A stretch of DNA of 63,560 nt, the filler included, from Trichosphaerium sp. ATCC 40318 (lineage: Eukaryota; Protista; Tubulinea), in NCBI GenBank assembly GCA_038496445.1. It is 3 parts of 3 records of this genome, joined end to end, with 100 filler letters (N's around TTAATTAATTAA, not from the genome) between each part and the next. Parts side by side here need not be neighbours in the genome. Positions count along the whole stretch, not along the records: positions 26,659 to 52,234 come from JALMLS010000096.1; 2 more parts are not named here. One strand, 5' to 3'. The notes beneath the pieces were generated by a model. It did not search any database, was not told the origin of the DNA, and worked only from the letters and a program-made list of their open reading frames with translations. Each line of letters begins with the position of its first letter. The stretch's first letter is position 1. This document shows positions 28,169 through 41,531 of this stretch, piece after piece. The translations under genes and the position numbers were made by a program.

Positions 28169-30099
28169 ATGGCTGAATTGAAGTATTATGTTGACGATAA
28201 ACAAGAAAAAGGGAATAACGTTACATCTCATTTTATGGAAAAGAAGAAAGAAATATTACAAACCAAAGAAGCTAATAAGTTGTACGTACTTTGATAAAGA
28301 ATAAAATAGCGACGCTCTAGGTTTTATTTCTTAGCCTTTTTTGAACCTTTTTTCTTCTTCTTTGGTTCACATAGTAAGTCACACTCATTTTAGGCAGCGT
28401 AATAAGGTTAAACTATCAGTAATAGATAGATGTGTACCTTCTATGCATATTATGGCCACGTTTATTTTCAAACAAAAGATAAAGACTGATAAACTTAAAA
28501 AATCGCTTCTTAAGGTTCTAGCGTACTACCCTGTTCTTTCTGGGAGGTTTTTATTATCACCTGACGGTATGGCAAAGAAATAAAAAACAAAACCCAAACT
28601 TTCTTTTTTGAGTAAGAGAGTTCATCACGTGGTAATTTATTATATAATATAGGCTCTCTTGATGTATTATGTAACGGTAAAGGAGTTATTTTTGTAGAAT
28701 CAACAAATACACAGCTAGATTTAGCAGGATTAAATTTGGAAAGTAATGACACTACCAAGAAGTTACCTAATTGCGAAGCACGTGATACAAAAGTCTTTTT
28801 TTCTCCTGATAATCTTTTTTTCGTTTCTTGAATGTAATTTTTCTTCCTAGTACTTCACTACAGCTATGAACGTTGTGATAGATCCAACTGATTTTGAAAA
28901 CCACGAACTCGCTGGTTTTAAGATTACTCAGTGCAAAGACTTTACGATTATTGGTGTTAGCTTCCAAAGACTTATTGCTGATGCAAGTAGTCTTATTTAT
29001 TTTATTACTCATTGGTCTTATATGACAAGAGGCAAAAAGTTCAAGCTACCTAACCACAACAGACTTAGTGTTGAACACATTGCTGACAGTACGACACTGG
29101 CTTTTTTTTGGTTGATAAATTCTAATTGAGAAAAAAAAGGAAATCGAAAGGATCCAGCTCGTGCAGGTGTATATTGTTTAACCCCAAAAGAGCTTTTTTT
29201 ATGTGGCAGAATGTTCTGGGAAAGCTTACCTCACGCTATTGAAACATTTGAGTTCACAAAAGAAGTACAACAACAGCGTTATGTAATTTTATCTTGCTAA
29301 ATTGTTTAGGAGCTAGCAAACATGAAACAAAGCTGCACAACCGATGACATGTGGATATCTACAAATGATGCATTAACAGCACTGCTTTCTAAGATACTCA
29401 CACAAGTACGGAAAGTAGACGTTAACGAAACAGTAAACATTGGTGTAGCTAAAAACATAAGGTACTTTTAATTCCTGCACATCTAATAGTCACTTACATA
29501 TTGAAATTAGGCGGTTGTGTGAGCCACCTTTAGAACAAAATCTTTTCAGCTGCGCTGCTCTTAATGTTTCAATTGAATATAAAGTTAAAGACTTGATAGA
29601 AAAACCTATTGTTGAGGTACAAACACGTGACCCTTGTCAATACAAGAAACCAAACCTGCTTTTTAACATCTCCGCAGATTGCCACATCGATACGTCAGTC
29701 CATTATAGATTTCGATTCAGATACACTACAACAGCATGTACACATGATTAAAAGTTTTGGGTCTAAAATGTTATCACCAAACCCTCAGATTCAAATTCTT
29801 GGTGATCCGATAGGAGGTGATTTATTTTTTTCAAGTTGGACAAAAGCTCCTTTGTATGATATAGACTTTGGCGCAGGAAAGCCATTATGGTGTGGTCCCC
29901 CTATACCCGAAGAAGGCATTCCAGGATTTGTTGGCTCATTTCCATCTCCATCAGGTGAGTCTACGACTTTTTTTAGTAAATTGTGATGAAGCTGATCTTT
30001 TTTACAGGTGGTGCCTATGTTACGATTCATTTAAGAATGCGTGCAATGGAAACACTGTTAACAAAAAAATGGTTAAGTGAGCTTCATCAATATGCTTAA
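28169..30099 (+). CDS. BAHD/HXXXD-type CoA-dependent acyltransferase-like protein, multi-exon
   Basis: LKKSLLKVLAYYPVLSGR, KITQCKDFTIIGVSFQRLIADASS, ISTNDAL and FSSWTKAPLYDIDFGAGKP (DFGxG motif). Confidence 0.85.
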
Positions 30100-31036
30100 T
30101 CACATGGATTGGGCAGTACACCGAATATTAGTTGTATATACATGTCAACACCATTACAATAACAAGCATTGGGCCCATCAGCCCGTAGTAGCGGAGCACA
30201 AACATTTCTTTTTGGCTACAGTTAATGTAGAAATCCCTTTTATGTATGTCAGATGGTAGTAAACGAGTTCGTTGGTTGCCTTTTACAAAGACATTTAATT
30301 ATATGCTACAATGGTCATGTGCGCATGCGTGGTTTCAATCTACAGTTACAAGCAGTTCTTGCAAATAGCTAAACAGCTAGAAAACAGAACCACGGAACAT
30401 GGTAAACGCGAATTGACGTGAGATTACTTAATTGATTTGACAACGAACAGTTGTGCTAGTTTAAATTAGTTGGGTGAACTACAACACTTTTAATATTGCC
30501 GTAATCAAGCTTACCAACCCTTACTCCTAATGAAGTAGCTGAGAGTCCCTCAGTCTGAAATCAAGCACAGAGAATCGAAAGCAGTAGAAGTGGTAACATC
30601 TAAAGGTACTTATTAATACCCATTAGGCAAGACACTATCATATGAGCCATTCGAATGTTAAGTATGGACGTGTACCTATCCACGCACTGATATGGCTCAT
30701 GCTCTACAGAATTTCTCAGTCGCTATATTCACGGAATGATAGGTGTACAAAAATAGATTCAAGGCTCGGGTTACCCATAATATTTCTGGGTCGGTTAACC
30801 CGAGACCCAATACATGACCCAATCCAATATTTTGCCATCAAAATTGTAGCAAGCTCCAAATTCACGTGGTTTACTCAAGATCCCTTGGTTTTAAGGTATG
30901 CAACAATTAAAGCGCGAGCTTATGGACAGGGTTGTTTCCACCGGAGAGAGAACAATGGCAACAAAGGTAAAACCTTACATTTGGCATTGTAACCAATACA
31001 ATTTATACCAACGAGCAAGAATCGACTCTGTGTCGC

Positions 31037-32040
31037 TTGTTACAGCTTCCCTTTGAGCTACAACTTTATGTCATAGATTTTGGCGTTGATATGTACATGT
31101 TGTGGCCTCTGTTATCTAAACAAGCAGCTACGAGCACTCGTTTCAATAAGAATATAGAAAAACACGGCGAGTACAAAATGTGGTATCTTAATGGACACTT
31201 GCGGAAGACATGTATGTATAAGAATGGTATAAAAGCAGGCGAATATAGAGAGTACCAGCATAGAGTTTTGAAAGAAAGGTGCCTGTATAAAGATGGGAAA
31301 AAAGAAGGAAAGTATTCGATTTGGCAGAGAGGAAAGTTACAAGAAGAAGTGTACTACAAAAATGATTTGTGAAGGCATGGCATAAAAATGGTCAATTAAA
31401 GGAGGGTTGTTATTATGTCAAAGGTAAACGAGAAGGAAGCTACAAGGAGTGGCACGAAGATGGTCAATTGAGAATAAAGGCATTTTATTCTGAAGGCATG
31501 CTTGATGGAGCGTACAAGGAGTGGCAAAAAGATGGTCAATTGCGAACAAAGGCATTTTATTCTAACGGCAAGCTTGGTGGAGTGTACAAGGAGTATTTTA
31601 ATGGTACTTTGGTGCATCACCGTAACTACTTAAAAGGTGTCTTCGATGGAGAATATAGATCTTGGTTTAGTAATGGACAATTGTCCAAGAAATGGTCGTT
31701 TAAGAATGGATTGAAAGATGGACAGCAAGAATTTTGGAATAAGTCAGGTGTATTGGTAAAGAAATGTTATTATGTAAATGATAGATTACATGGAGAATTG
31801 AGGCAGTGGCGAGATAATGGACAGATTCATAAAAGTTACTTTTATAAGCACGGTAAAAAGGAAGGAGAGTCTAAGGAGTGGTTTGATAATGGTCAATTAG
31901 AAAAGGAATGCACTACAAGAATGATTTCAAAGAAGGAGAGGAACTTTGTTGGAAGACAAGTGGTGAATTTAGTGTGCGATACTTCTATAGAAGGGGCCGC
32001 AGACAAAGGTTTGGAGGGTCAAGAACTAAATGGTTGTTAA
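31037..32040 (+). CDS. F-box-like plus MORN-variant repeat protein, with apparent frameshifts near 31370 and 31910
   Basis: LQLPFELQLYVI, then many GxYKEWHxxGQLxxxxxYxxG repeats. Intronless. Confidence 0.75.
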
Positions 32041-32471
32041 GTAAAGTGTTTGGGAACCCAAGCTTATGAGATTGTACTGAAAAATAGCCAATAAACCATA
32101 GTGTAGTTTCTTAATATTCACAATATTTCACACTAACCAATACCGTTCAAATAAGGAACTGTAATGGCAAAGTATTAGCACTTTGAAATACCTTGAATGT
32201 TCGTCCATCACACAGGATGGCCTTAAAAATATTTTTGATGAAGCTATACATGCTGTTGTAGCTCCCATAAACAAAACACAAAAATGTGAGTGATAGAACA
32301 AATAACAAAACTCTGGTCCTTCTTCCTTGTGTTGCTCACCTTAACTTGGGCGAGCCAAATAGGCGTTTTGCGAGTAGAATTCTTTGACATCCTAAAGTAC
32401 TTATCTGGTTCAGCAAAATGTGAAACAAAGTTGACTTAACCATACTTAGCTAAAACTCTATTTTTGCAGTT

Positions 32472-33529
32472 ATGGACGAATATTTCCCCCTTGAGTTAGT
32501 TTATCATGTATTTACATTTCTAGACGCACCATCCCTTGCGCTTGCTACGTGTGTGAACAATCAATGGTGCCAGTTGGCCAATTCAAACAATATTTGGCGT
32601 ATTATTACGGAGAATCATCAATTTGAAAGCAAGAACGACGTAGAAGGTATAACTTTCGATAATTGGAAGATTGGTTATAAAATACTTTCAGAGCAATGGA
32701 CAATGCCGTAAGCTATCTATTTACGCGTTTATTTGACGTACACTAGCGAAGGAAGGACTCCTGAGATGCCCTTTTGGAATCAAAGCGTAACGTGGCCAAA
32801 ACACCTCGTTTGTAACTATGGATCATCCCTATCACTTCGTACAACTTATTTATAACCTTATGAGCTGCCTGTAGACTAATTAGAGCTTGTAGGTAGCTTC
32901 CCTGTGTCAGAGGGCGTGTGGTTGTTTGAAATGACAGTGAAAAGTCGCACTTTTGACATGGCTATTGGCTTTGGTACAGCTGATATGAGGATGACTCGTG
33001 ACGTGGAATATGTAAAAGGTGCAAGTCGGAATGTTTATAAACTGGAAATCACGTGTTGTATACAGCTCATTATGAATGTTAACGCACATGCTAATGAAAC
33101 TAAATTTGACATTGTGAATATTGTTTTGCTAACATTTTTAAAGGGTTCGCTGGTTATTATCATGGAGGTTCATCATTGAATCTTATTTGTGATTCGAACA
33201 GAGAGGAAATGCCTTACAAAATCAATGAAAAGAATTATGCTACAACGTATCAAGCAAACCAGAAAGTTGGTGTTTTATTGGATATGGACAAGAAAGAGAT
33301 TAGTATTGTTTCAGAGGGAGAAAAAACTAGTATATCTTGTAGTATTGAATGTCTTGGTACACCATTATATCCTACTATATGGGGTGCTAGTATAAATGAT
33401 AGTGTCATTGCATATTTTCCTAGACGAGTTGAAAAATTACCAACAGAGGATGGAACTCGTAAAGAAAGTAAAAAAGTTGTTGATCCTGAGCCAGATAATA
33501 TTGTAATTGTTGATGTTTGTAGCGTTTGA
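32472..33529 (+). CDS. F-box plus SPRY domain protein, multi-exon
   Basis: FPLELVYHVFTFLDAPSL...VNNQW (F-box). GVWLFEMTV...MAIG...VGVLLDMDKKEI...LYPTI (SPRY). Confidence 0.85.
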
Positions 33530-34383
33530 ATGTAAGGTTTAGAAGACGTAAAATCAAATCAACACGTAATCCAATTGTTTATTAAGGTGTTTGAAAGTCT
33601 AAGACATGATCAAGTAAAGTACTCAGAGCGTCACAATGACTTTAGTAGACAACACAATAAATTTAGAAAAGTTAATTGACTATACTTGTATCATTATAAC
33701 ATACTATGGCATAACATCCATTTCTTGTTGCTTGTTTTCGAAAGAAATAGTAGCTATTGTTCTCTTTCTTGAAACACCTGTATGTGATCTTGTATTAGAT
33801 GAGCGCTCCTAAGGTAAACAATTAGCCATTTGTCGACCCTGCCGTAACAGCCTTTTGATTGAATTAAATACGAAAACTGCACACTCAAAGAAAAGCTTGA
33901 AATCGACAATTTTACTGAAATGAGATGGATAACACCTCTAGTACTTTCAAGTTGTTCGCGAAAGTTGTCTTACGAAATTTACATGACATGCAACGAAGTT
34001 TGTTCATATTACTACAATACATTAGGGCAGAATATGTTTTTACAACAGAGGCAATTGATCACCTTAAAAAGCTCAAAGTAAAATGGATCAACATAAAAGA
34101 TTGCGCATAGAAAAAAATGCAAAAATGGTTTGAGTTTTCCCTTAGTTTTCTCAGCCAGTTAAAGTCGGTCCAAAAACTTAAACCGGCTAACCAGCTAAGA
34201 AAAAGCTAGCGGCTATAGCCGTTTAGCGACCACCTCTAATTTCGCACTGTCCTATGAAATGTGTACATGCATTCTTTAAACTGCTGATGACTGAAAGGTG
34301 CCACAAACTTGTTTATACCTTACTTATTGTCATTACTTATTTAGATATGACCCAACACAACAATAATTTCTAAAGATGTTTAC

Positions 34384-34905
34384 CTAGTGTAATTCTATGC
34401 TCACAATTGTGCCATCAACGTAATTGCCCTCTGCTGTCAATCGACCAGTACACGACCAACATTTATAATCACCTTCCTTCTTGCCTTTTACTAAGTAGTA
34501 CTGCAAATACAACTGTCCACTAGGATGCCAGTGTTTGAACTCTCCTTCAAGTTCATCATTTCTGTACTGACATTGTTGCTGCAATTGGCCACTGGGAAAC
34601 CATGCCATGTACTCTCCTTCTCTTTTGTCGTTGATGTAATTAATCTTCTGAAGCAATGTTCCATTTGAGTAATACTCTTTGTACATTCCATGGCGTTTTC
34701 CATGTATCCAATAATCTTCACGTGACACAATGTTATTCTTCTTCGAATATTTAACCCACTTTCCATGTTTTTCAAGTTCATCATTAAATCTAGTTGTCTT
34801 TGCAGTGTGTTTTGATAACAACGGCCACTTTATGTATGAATCTCTGTCTATCTCCATAATTACAAGCTGTAACTCAATTGGTAGGTTTAACAGGTAGCAT
34901 ACATC
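34384..34905 (-). CDS. F-box-like plus MORN-variant repeat protein
   Basis: LLNLPIELQLVIM..., then KRHGMYKEYYSNG / KREGEYMAWFPSG repeats. Paralogue of the gene at 31037. Start uncertain. Confidence 0.8.
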   Translation of the reverse strand, partial: DVCYLLNLPIELQLVIMEIDRDSYIKWPLLSKHTAKTTRFNDELEKHGKWVKYSKKNNIVSREDYWIHGKRHGMYKEYYSNGTLLQKINYINDKREGEYMAWFPSGQLQQQCQYRNDELEGEFKHWHPSGQLYLQYYLVKGKKEGDYKCWSCTGRLTAEGNYVDGTIVSIELH

Positions 34906-35195
34906 AGGTTTCGAAGTATTTATCTACTTTTGATTAAACAGACGCTAAATAGCTTTAGAAACAGGCACCATGCGTTTGTTTATGCTCATCTGGTGTCACG
35001 ATAATTGTAACGTCATGTGCTTGGATCTACTAAAACAACTTAACTAGTACCTCTCATTTTTCTCGTAATATCTGGAGGCGCTTGGGTTTAGGTAAACAGG
35101 CGAAAGGAAGTAACAGCATATTTTTTATGTGCAATATTGTTTATTGAATAATTTTACAATAAACACGTGATGTTTTTAGGCTGCGAATATTGATC

Positions 35196-35649
35196 TCATT
35201 CCAACTTAGGTTGAAGCTTTGCAAACTCTGCGGACCACATTGCTCTCTTCATAGCGCTTTCAAAAGCGCCTTTACCTTCATGGCAGTATTTGGCGCATTT
35301 TTTGGCAACTTCGTATTGATTGTCTTTCCATGCCGCTCTTACAATAGCTACAGACAAAACAATAAGCATGGGAATAAAAAAAGAAACAGGTAAACAAAAT
35401 AACTTGATCCTTCAATCCACAAACTCAGGACCCTTTTCTACACCAAAAAAACTATTACAAATTGTTTCCTACAAACGTACTATCGCATTGTTTGGCTGAA
35501 AGGCTAACTTTTTGTTGTGCGAGAGCTTGCTTGGCAAAGTCCTTTTGTTGTGCTTTCCAAGCCTTCTTAAAGTGGGTAAGTATGGCTTTAAGGTCAGCAG
35601 CGCTTGCTTTCCTCATGCCAGATTCTATTTTCTTTCCTACGCGTGTCAT
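35196..35649 (-). CDS. Small basic helical protein (~108 aa, 3 exons)
   Basis: Splices to MTRVGKKIESGMRKASAADLKAILTHFKKAWKAQQKDFAKQALAQQKKRVLSLWIEGSTIVRAAWKDNQYEVAKKCAKYCHEGKGAFESAMKRAMWSAEFAKLQPKLE*. Confidence 0.65.
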
Positions 35650-36691
35650 ATTGCTTGAGTTGTTTTATGGTGGTTGTTTGTAAATTATGATTGTACAGCA
35701 AGAATTTACTAGACTTTTTTTAGACTTTACAGTAAAACACTTACCGTAAAGTATATTCGCTCTTCTTCCTGTTACAGCTATTTGTTGTTTGGACCGCATG
35801 GCCCTGGCCTGTAATATGTGTTTTTAAAAAAAATTCTGTATTGCGAAAATTGGTATCACAAAAATGTGCCATGCTAAATGCATCACATGTGTAAGGATAT
35901 CCATAGCAATACCTGATACATTGAATTGATTGTTTGTTAATGTAGGGAAAAAAAATATCTATGTAAGTACTTTTGGCGCAAACGCTATTGACATGTGTAT
36001 TGTTACAATTGATCACAGTGGTATTACTATATCATATACCCTGTTTTAAACAAGAAAAGTGTAGAACATCGTGTATAACATCAGTGTAGATTAGTAAACT
36101 GATGTCTTTCAACAAAACTCATTCAACAAACTCCCATATATGAGCCACTCTATTGTGAAGTTAGTTTTCAATAACAACCTGCGAAGCTATTAAACACAAC
36201 CATTTAAACCTTCTCAAAGAGACAAATACAAAAATGATAACATGCGCAATGAGGATGACTTTGCTAAAAAAACACTTAAAAAAGTAAAATATTAAACTCT
36301 TTTTTACAGTTGTTGTAGACTACATCACTGTATGTGAATACATAATACATGAACGTAGGTATTCACAATATGTATGGCTACTATGCACTCAAGCGTCAAA
36401 CATTAAAAACGATTTTCAAGAGTGTAAATAATTTTGTTTTAAAAGTGGAGTGCTTACATAATATAGCTCTACTTCATGTGAGCATAAAAGTAGAAATTCA
36501 TGTGCGTGCTACAAATCGGGAGTGGCCTTTTAAGAGTACGCTTAACGTTACAATAAAATACCATTACAGGTCAATTTCAATGCAAACTTGTAAGCTTGAT
36601 CACTCAAATGTAAAATCAAGCAAGATATAAAACAAGCTTGTAAAAGGTACACTGGTTTTAATTGTTTTCCTCCCTTATTATTACGTACAAA

Positions 36692-37442
36692 TCAGATATT
36701 ATTAGATCGTATTCCTTCACGTATTTCAGCCATCATATTAAACATAAAATGAAGATTATTGAGACTTAGTATCATAGCACCAAGAGGTTCTTTGTTTTTA
36801 AACAAATAATGGACATAGCTATTAAGTTAACTTAGCACTTAAACAGTTACAACAACAGCTACTAAAAAAAGTAAATCATGTACCCATAAGAGTACTCTGA
36901 TATCTCAGGACAGTCTGGGTTAATACTTTTATCAAACATGTGCCTAATGTTATGTGTAAGGGAAAGAAAAAGTTAAAATACTAAAAGACTAGTTCTCTAA
37001 ACAACAATAATTACCTAAACTTCTGGTTTGTTATATGAACGAGGCCATCCCTATAGTCTTCGCTTAGCTCAAACACAACTTTACATTATAACTGTGTACC
37101 TTGTTGTAAGTTGTCCACAACGAGCTGCTCGCGTTGGATAAGCAGAATCGAATGTATCTGTTGTAAGTTAATGTTAATATTAACATGTAGACTTTAGTAG
37201 TTTTACCAATTCCATATTTAGCGCTTCTTAGTATGTTGCTAGTATCTCCAATACCTATACGCATATAAACATTCAATAGTAATTTCTTGATTACAACTGA
37301 TTGTAACAAAAAACAGTGGTGTACCGAGTAGATGGACAGGTTTTCCTCGAGGTAGAATTGTTGACAAGAAGCCTAATCAAATATTGAGTTTTCATGGTCT
37401 TTTATAGACTTATGTACTCAATAACTTCTCTAGATCATCTCC
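36692..37442 (-). pseudogene. tgt: Mirror copy of the tgt 3' part in the left palindrome arm
   Basis: Reverse complement of 37624-38374. Confidence 0.75.
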
Positions 37443-38374
37443 TAAGCAAACAATCAATGTATTCTATAATTCATGTGGAACAGACGAAACACTGAGAAAG
37501 TATAGTGTCGATTATTTGACTCAACTCCCTTTTGATGGTCACGCAATTGTACGCAATGATTTTCTGAGATTTTTGCTATGCTAATTCAAAGTAACAAGTG
37601 TAGGTGGTTCTTTGGGTGCTACTGGAGATGATCTAGAGAAGTTATTGAGTACATAAGTCTATAAAAGACCATGAAAACTCAATATTTGATTAGGCTTCTT
37701 GTCAACAATTCTACCTCGAGGAAAACCTGTCCATCTACTCGGTACACCACTGTTTTTTGTTACAATCAGTTGTAATCAAGAAATTACTATTGAATGTTTA
37801 TATGCGTATAGGTATTGGAGATACTAGCAACATACTAAGAAGCGCTAAATATGGAATTGGTAAAACTACTAAAGTCTACATGTTAATATTAACATTAACT
37901 TACAACAGATACATTCGATTCTGCTTATCCAACGCGAGCAGCTCGTTGTGGACAACTTACAACAAGGTACACAGTTATAATGTAAAGTTGTGTTTGAGCT
38001 AAGCGAAGACTATAGGGATGGCCTCGTTCATATAACAAACCAGAAGTTTAGGTAATTATTGTTGTTTAGAGAACTAGTCTTTTAGTATTTTAACTTTTTC
38101 TTTCCCTTACACATAACATTAGGCACATGTTTGATAAAAGTATTAACCCAGACTGTCCTGAGATATCAGAGTACTCTTATGGGTACATGATTTACTTTTT
38201 TTAGTAGCTGTTGTTGTAACTGTTTAAGTGCTAAGTTAACTTAATAGCTATGTCCATTATTTGTTTAAAAACAAAGAACCTCTTGGTGCTATGATACTAA
38301 GTCTCAATAATCTTCATTTTATGTTTAATATGATGGCTGAAATACGTGAAGGAATACGATCTAATAATATCTGA
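37443..38374 (+). CDS. tgt: Queuine tRNA-ribosyltransferase, 3' half only (5' half missing), multi-exon
   Basis: Spliced: QSMYSIIH(G)GTDETLRKYSVDYLTQLPFDGHAIGGSLG...KPVHLLGIG...GIDTFDSAYPTRAARCG...YVHYLFKNKEPL...IREGIRSNNI*. Two 1-nt indels fall in the spacer part. Confidence 0.85.
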
Positions 38375-39413
38375 TTTGTACGTAATAATAAGGGAGGAAA
38401 ACAATTAAAACCAGTGTACCTTTTAAAGCTTGTTTTATATCTTGCTTGATTTTACATTTGAGTGATCAAGCTTACAAGTTTGCATTGAAATTGACCTGTA
38501 ATGGTATTTTATTGTAACGTTAAGCGTACTCTTAAAAGGCCACTCCCGATTTGTAGCACGCACATGAATTTCTACTTTTATGCTCACATGAAGTAGAGCT
38601 ATATTATGTAAGCACTCCACTTTTAAAACAAAATTATTTACACTCTTGAAAATCGTTTTTATGTTTGACGCTTGAGTGCATAGTAGCCATACATATTGTG
38701 AATACCTACGTTCATGTATTATGTATTCACATACAGTGATGTAGTCTACAACAACTGTAAAAAAGAGTTTAATATTTTACTTTTTTAAGTGTTTTTTTAG
38801 CAAAGTCATCCTCATTGCGCATGTTATCATTTTTGTATTTGTCTCTTTGAGAAGGTTTAAATGGTTGTGTTTAATAGCTTCGCAGGTTGTTATTGAAAAC
38901 TAACTTCACAATAGAGTGGCTCATATATGGGAGTTTGTTGAATGAGTTTTGTTGAAAGACATCAGTTTACTAATCTACACTGATGTTATACACGATGTTC
39001 TACACTTTTCTTGTTTAAAACAGGTATATGATATAGTAATACCACTGTGATCAATTGTAACAATACACATGTCAATAGCGTTTGCGCCAAAAGTACTTAC
39101 ATAGATATTTTTTTTCCCTACATTAACAAACAATCAATTCAATGTATCAGGTATTGCTATGGATATCCTTACACATGTGATGCATTTAGCATGGCACATT
39201 TTTGTGATACCAATTTTCGCAATACAGAATTTTTTTTAAAAACACATATTACAGGCCAGGGCCATGCGGTCCAAACAACAAATAGCTGTAACAGGAAGAA
39301 GAGCGAATATACTTTACGGTAAGTGTTTTACTGTAAAGTCTAAAAAAAGTCTAGTAAATTCTTGCTGTACAATCATAATTTACAAACAACCACCATAAAA
39401 CAACTCAAGCAAT

Positions 39414-39862
39414 ATGACACGCGTAGGAAAGAAAATAGAATCTGGCATGAGGAAAGCAAGCGCTGCTGACCTTAAAGCCATACTTACCCACTTTAAGAAG
39501 GCTTGGAAAGCACAACAAAAGGACTTTGCCAAGCAAGCTCTCGCACAACAAAAAGTTAGCCTTTCAGCCAAACAATGCGATAGTACGTTTGTAGGAAACA
39601 ATTTGTAATAGTTTTTTGGTGTAGAAAAGGGTCCTGAGTTTGTGGATTGAAGGATCAAGTTATTTTGTTTACCTGTTTCTTTTTTATTCCCATGCTTATT
39701 GTTTTGTCTGTAGCTATTGTAAGAGCGGCATGGAAAACAATCAATACGAAGTTGCCAAAAAATGCGCCAAATACTGCCATGAAGGTAAAGGCGCTTTTGA
39801 AAGCGCTATGAAGAGCAATGTGGTCCGCAGAGTTTGCAAAGCTTCAACCTAAGTTGGAATGA
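39414..39862 (+). pseudogene. Mirror copy of the small basic protein gene, with indels
   Basis: Reverse complement of 35196-35649 with small deletions in exon 3. Confidence 0.6.
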
Positions 39863-40155
39863 GATCAATATTCGCAGCCTAAAAACATCACGTGTTTATT
39901 GTAAAATTATTCAATAAACAATATTGCACATAAAAAATATGCTGTTACTTCCTTTCGCCTGTTTACCTAAACCCAAGCGCCTCCAGATATTACGAGAAAA
40001 ATGAGAGGTACTAGTTAAGTTGTTTTAGTAGATCCAAGCACATGACGTTACAATTATCGTGACACCAGATGAGCATAAACAAACGCATGGTGCCTGTTTC
40101 TAAAGCTATTTAGCGTCTGTTTAATCAAAAGTAGATAAATACTTCGAAACCTGAT

Positions 40156-40676
40156 GTATGCTACCTGTTAAACCTACCAATTGAGTTACAGCTTGTAATT
40201 ATGGAGATAGACAGAGATTCATATACATAAAGTGGCCGTTGTTATCAAAACACACTGCAAAGACAACTAGATTTAATGATGAACTTGAAAAACATGGAAA
40301 GTGGGTTAAATATTCGAAGAAGAATAACATTGTGTCACGTGAAGATTATTGGATACATGGAAAACGCCATGGAATGTACAAAGAGTATTACTCAAATGGA
40401 ACATTGCTTCAGAAGATTAATTACATCAACGACAAAAGAGAAGGAGAGTACATGGCATGGTTTCCCAGTGGCCAATTGCAGCAACAATGTCAGTACAGAA
40501 ATGATGAACTTGAAGGAGAGTTCAAACACTGGCATCCTAGTGGACAGTTGTATTTGCAGTACTACTTAGTAAAAGGCAAGAAGGAAGGTGATTATAAATG
40601 TTGGTCGTGTACTGGTCGATTGACAGCAGAGGGCAATTACGTTGATGGCACAATTGTGAGCATAGAATTACACTAG
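40156..40676 (+). CDS. Mirror copy of the F-box/MORN gene
   Basis: Identical C-terminal ~145 aa. Small insertion near 40225. Confidence 0.7.
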
Positions 40677-41531
40677 GTAAACATCTTTAGAAATTATTGT
40701 TGTGTTGGGTCATATCTAAATAAGTAATGACAATAAGTAAGGTATAAACAAGTTTGTGGCACCTTTCAGTCATCAGCAGTTTAAAGAATGCATGTACACA
40801 TTTCATAGGACAGTGCGAAATTAGAGGTGGTCGCTAAACGGCTATAGCCGCTAGCTTTTTCTTAGCTGGTTAGCCGGTTTAAGTTTTTGGACCGACTTTA
40901 ACTGGCTGAGAAAACTAAGGGAAAACTCAAACCATTTTTGCATTTTTTTCTATGCGCAATCTTTTATGTTGATCCATTTTACTTTGAGCTTTTTAAGGTG
41001 ATCAATTGCCTCTGTTGTAAAAACATATTCTGCCCTAATGTATTGTAGTAATATGAACAAACTTCGTTGCATGTCATGTAAATTTCGTAAGACAACTTTC
41101 GCGAACAACTTGAAAGTACTAGAGGTGTTATCCATCTCATTTCAGTAAAATTGTCGATTTCAAGCTTTTCTTTGAGTGTGCAGTTATTCGTATTTAATTC
41201 AATCAAAAGGCTGTTACGGCAGGGTCGACAAATGGCTAATTGTTTACCTTAGGAGCGCTCATCTAATACAAGATCACATACAGGTGTTTCAAGAAAGAGA
41301 ACAATAGCTACTATTTCTTTCGAAAACAAGCAACAAGAAATGGATGTTATGCCATAGTATGTTATAATGATACAAGTATAGTCAATTAACTTTTCTAAAT
41401 TTATTGTGTTGTCTACTAAAGTCATTGTGACGCTCTGAGTACTTTACTTGATCATGTCTTAGACTTTCAAACACCTTAATAAACAATTGGATTACGTGTT
41501 GATTTGATTTTACGTCTTCTAAACCTTACAT

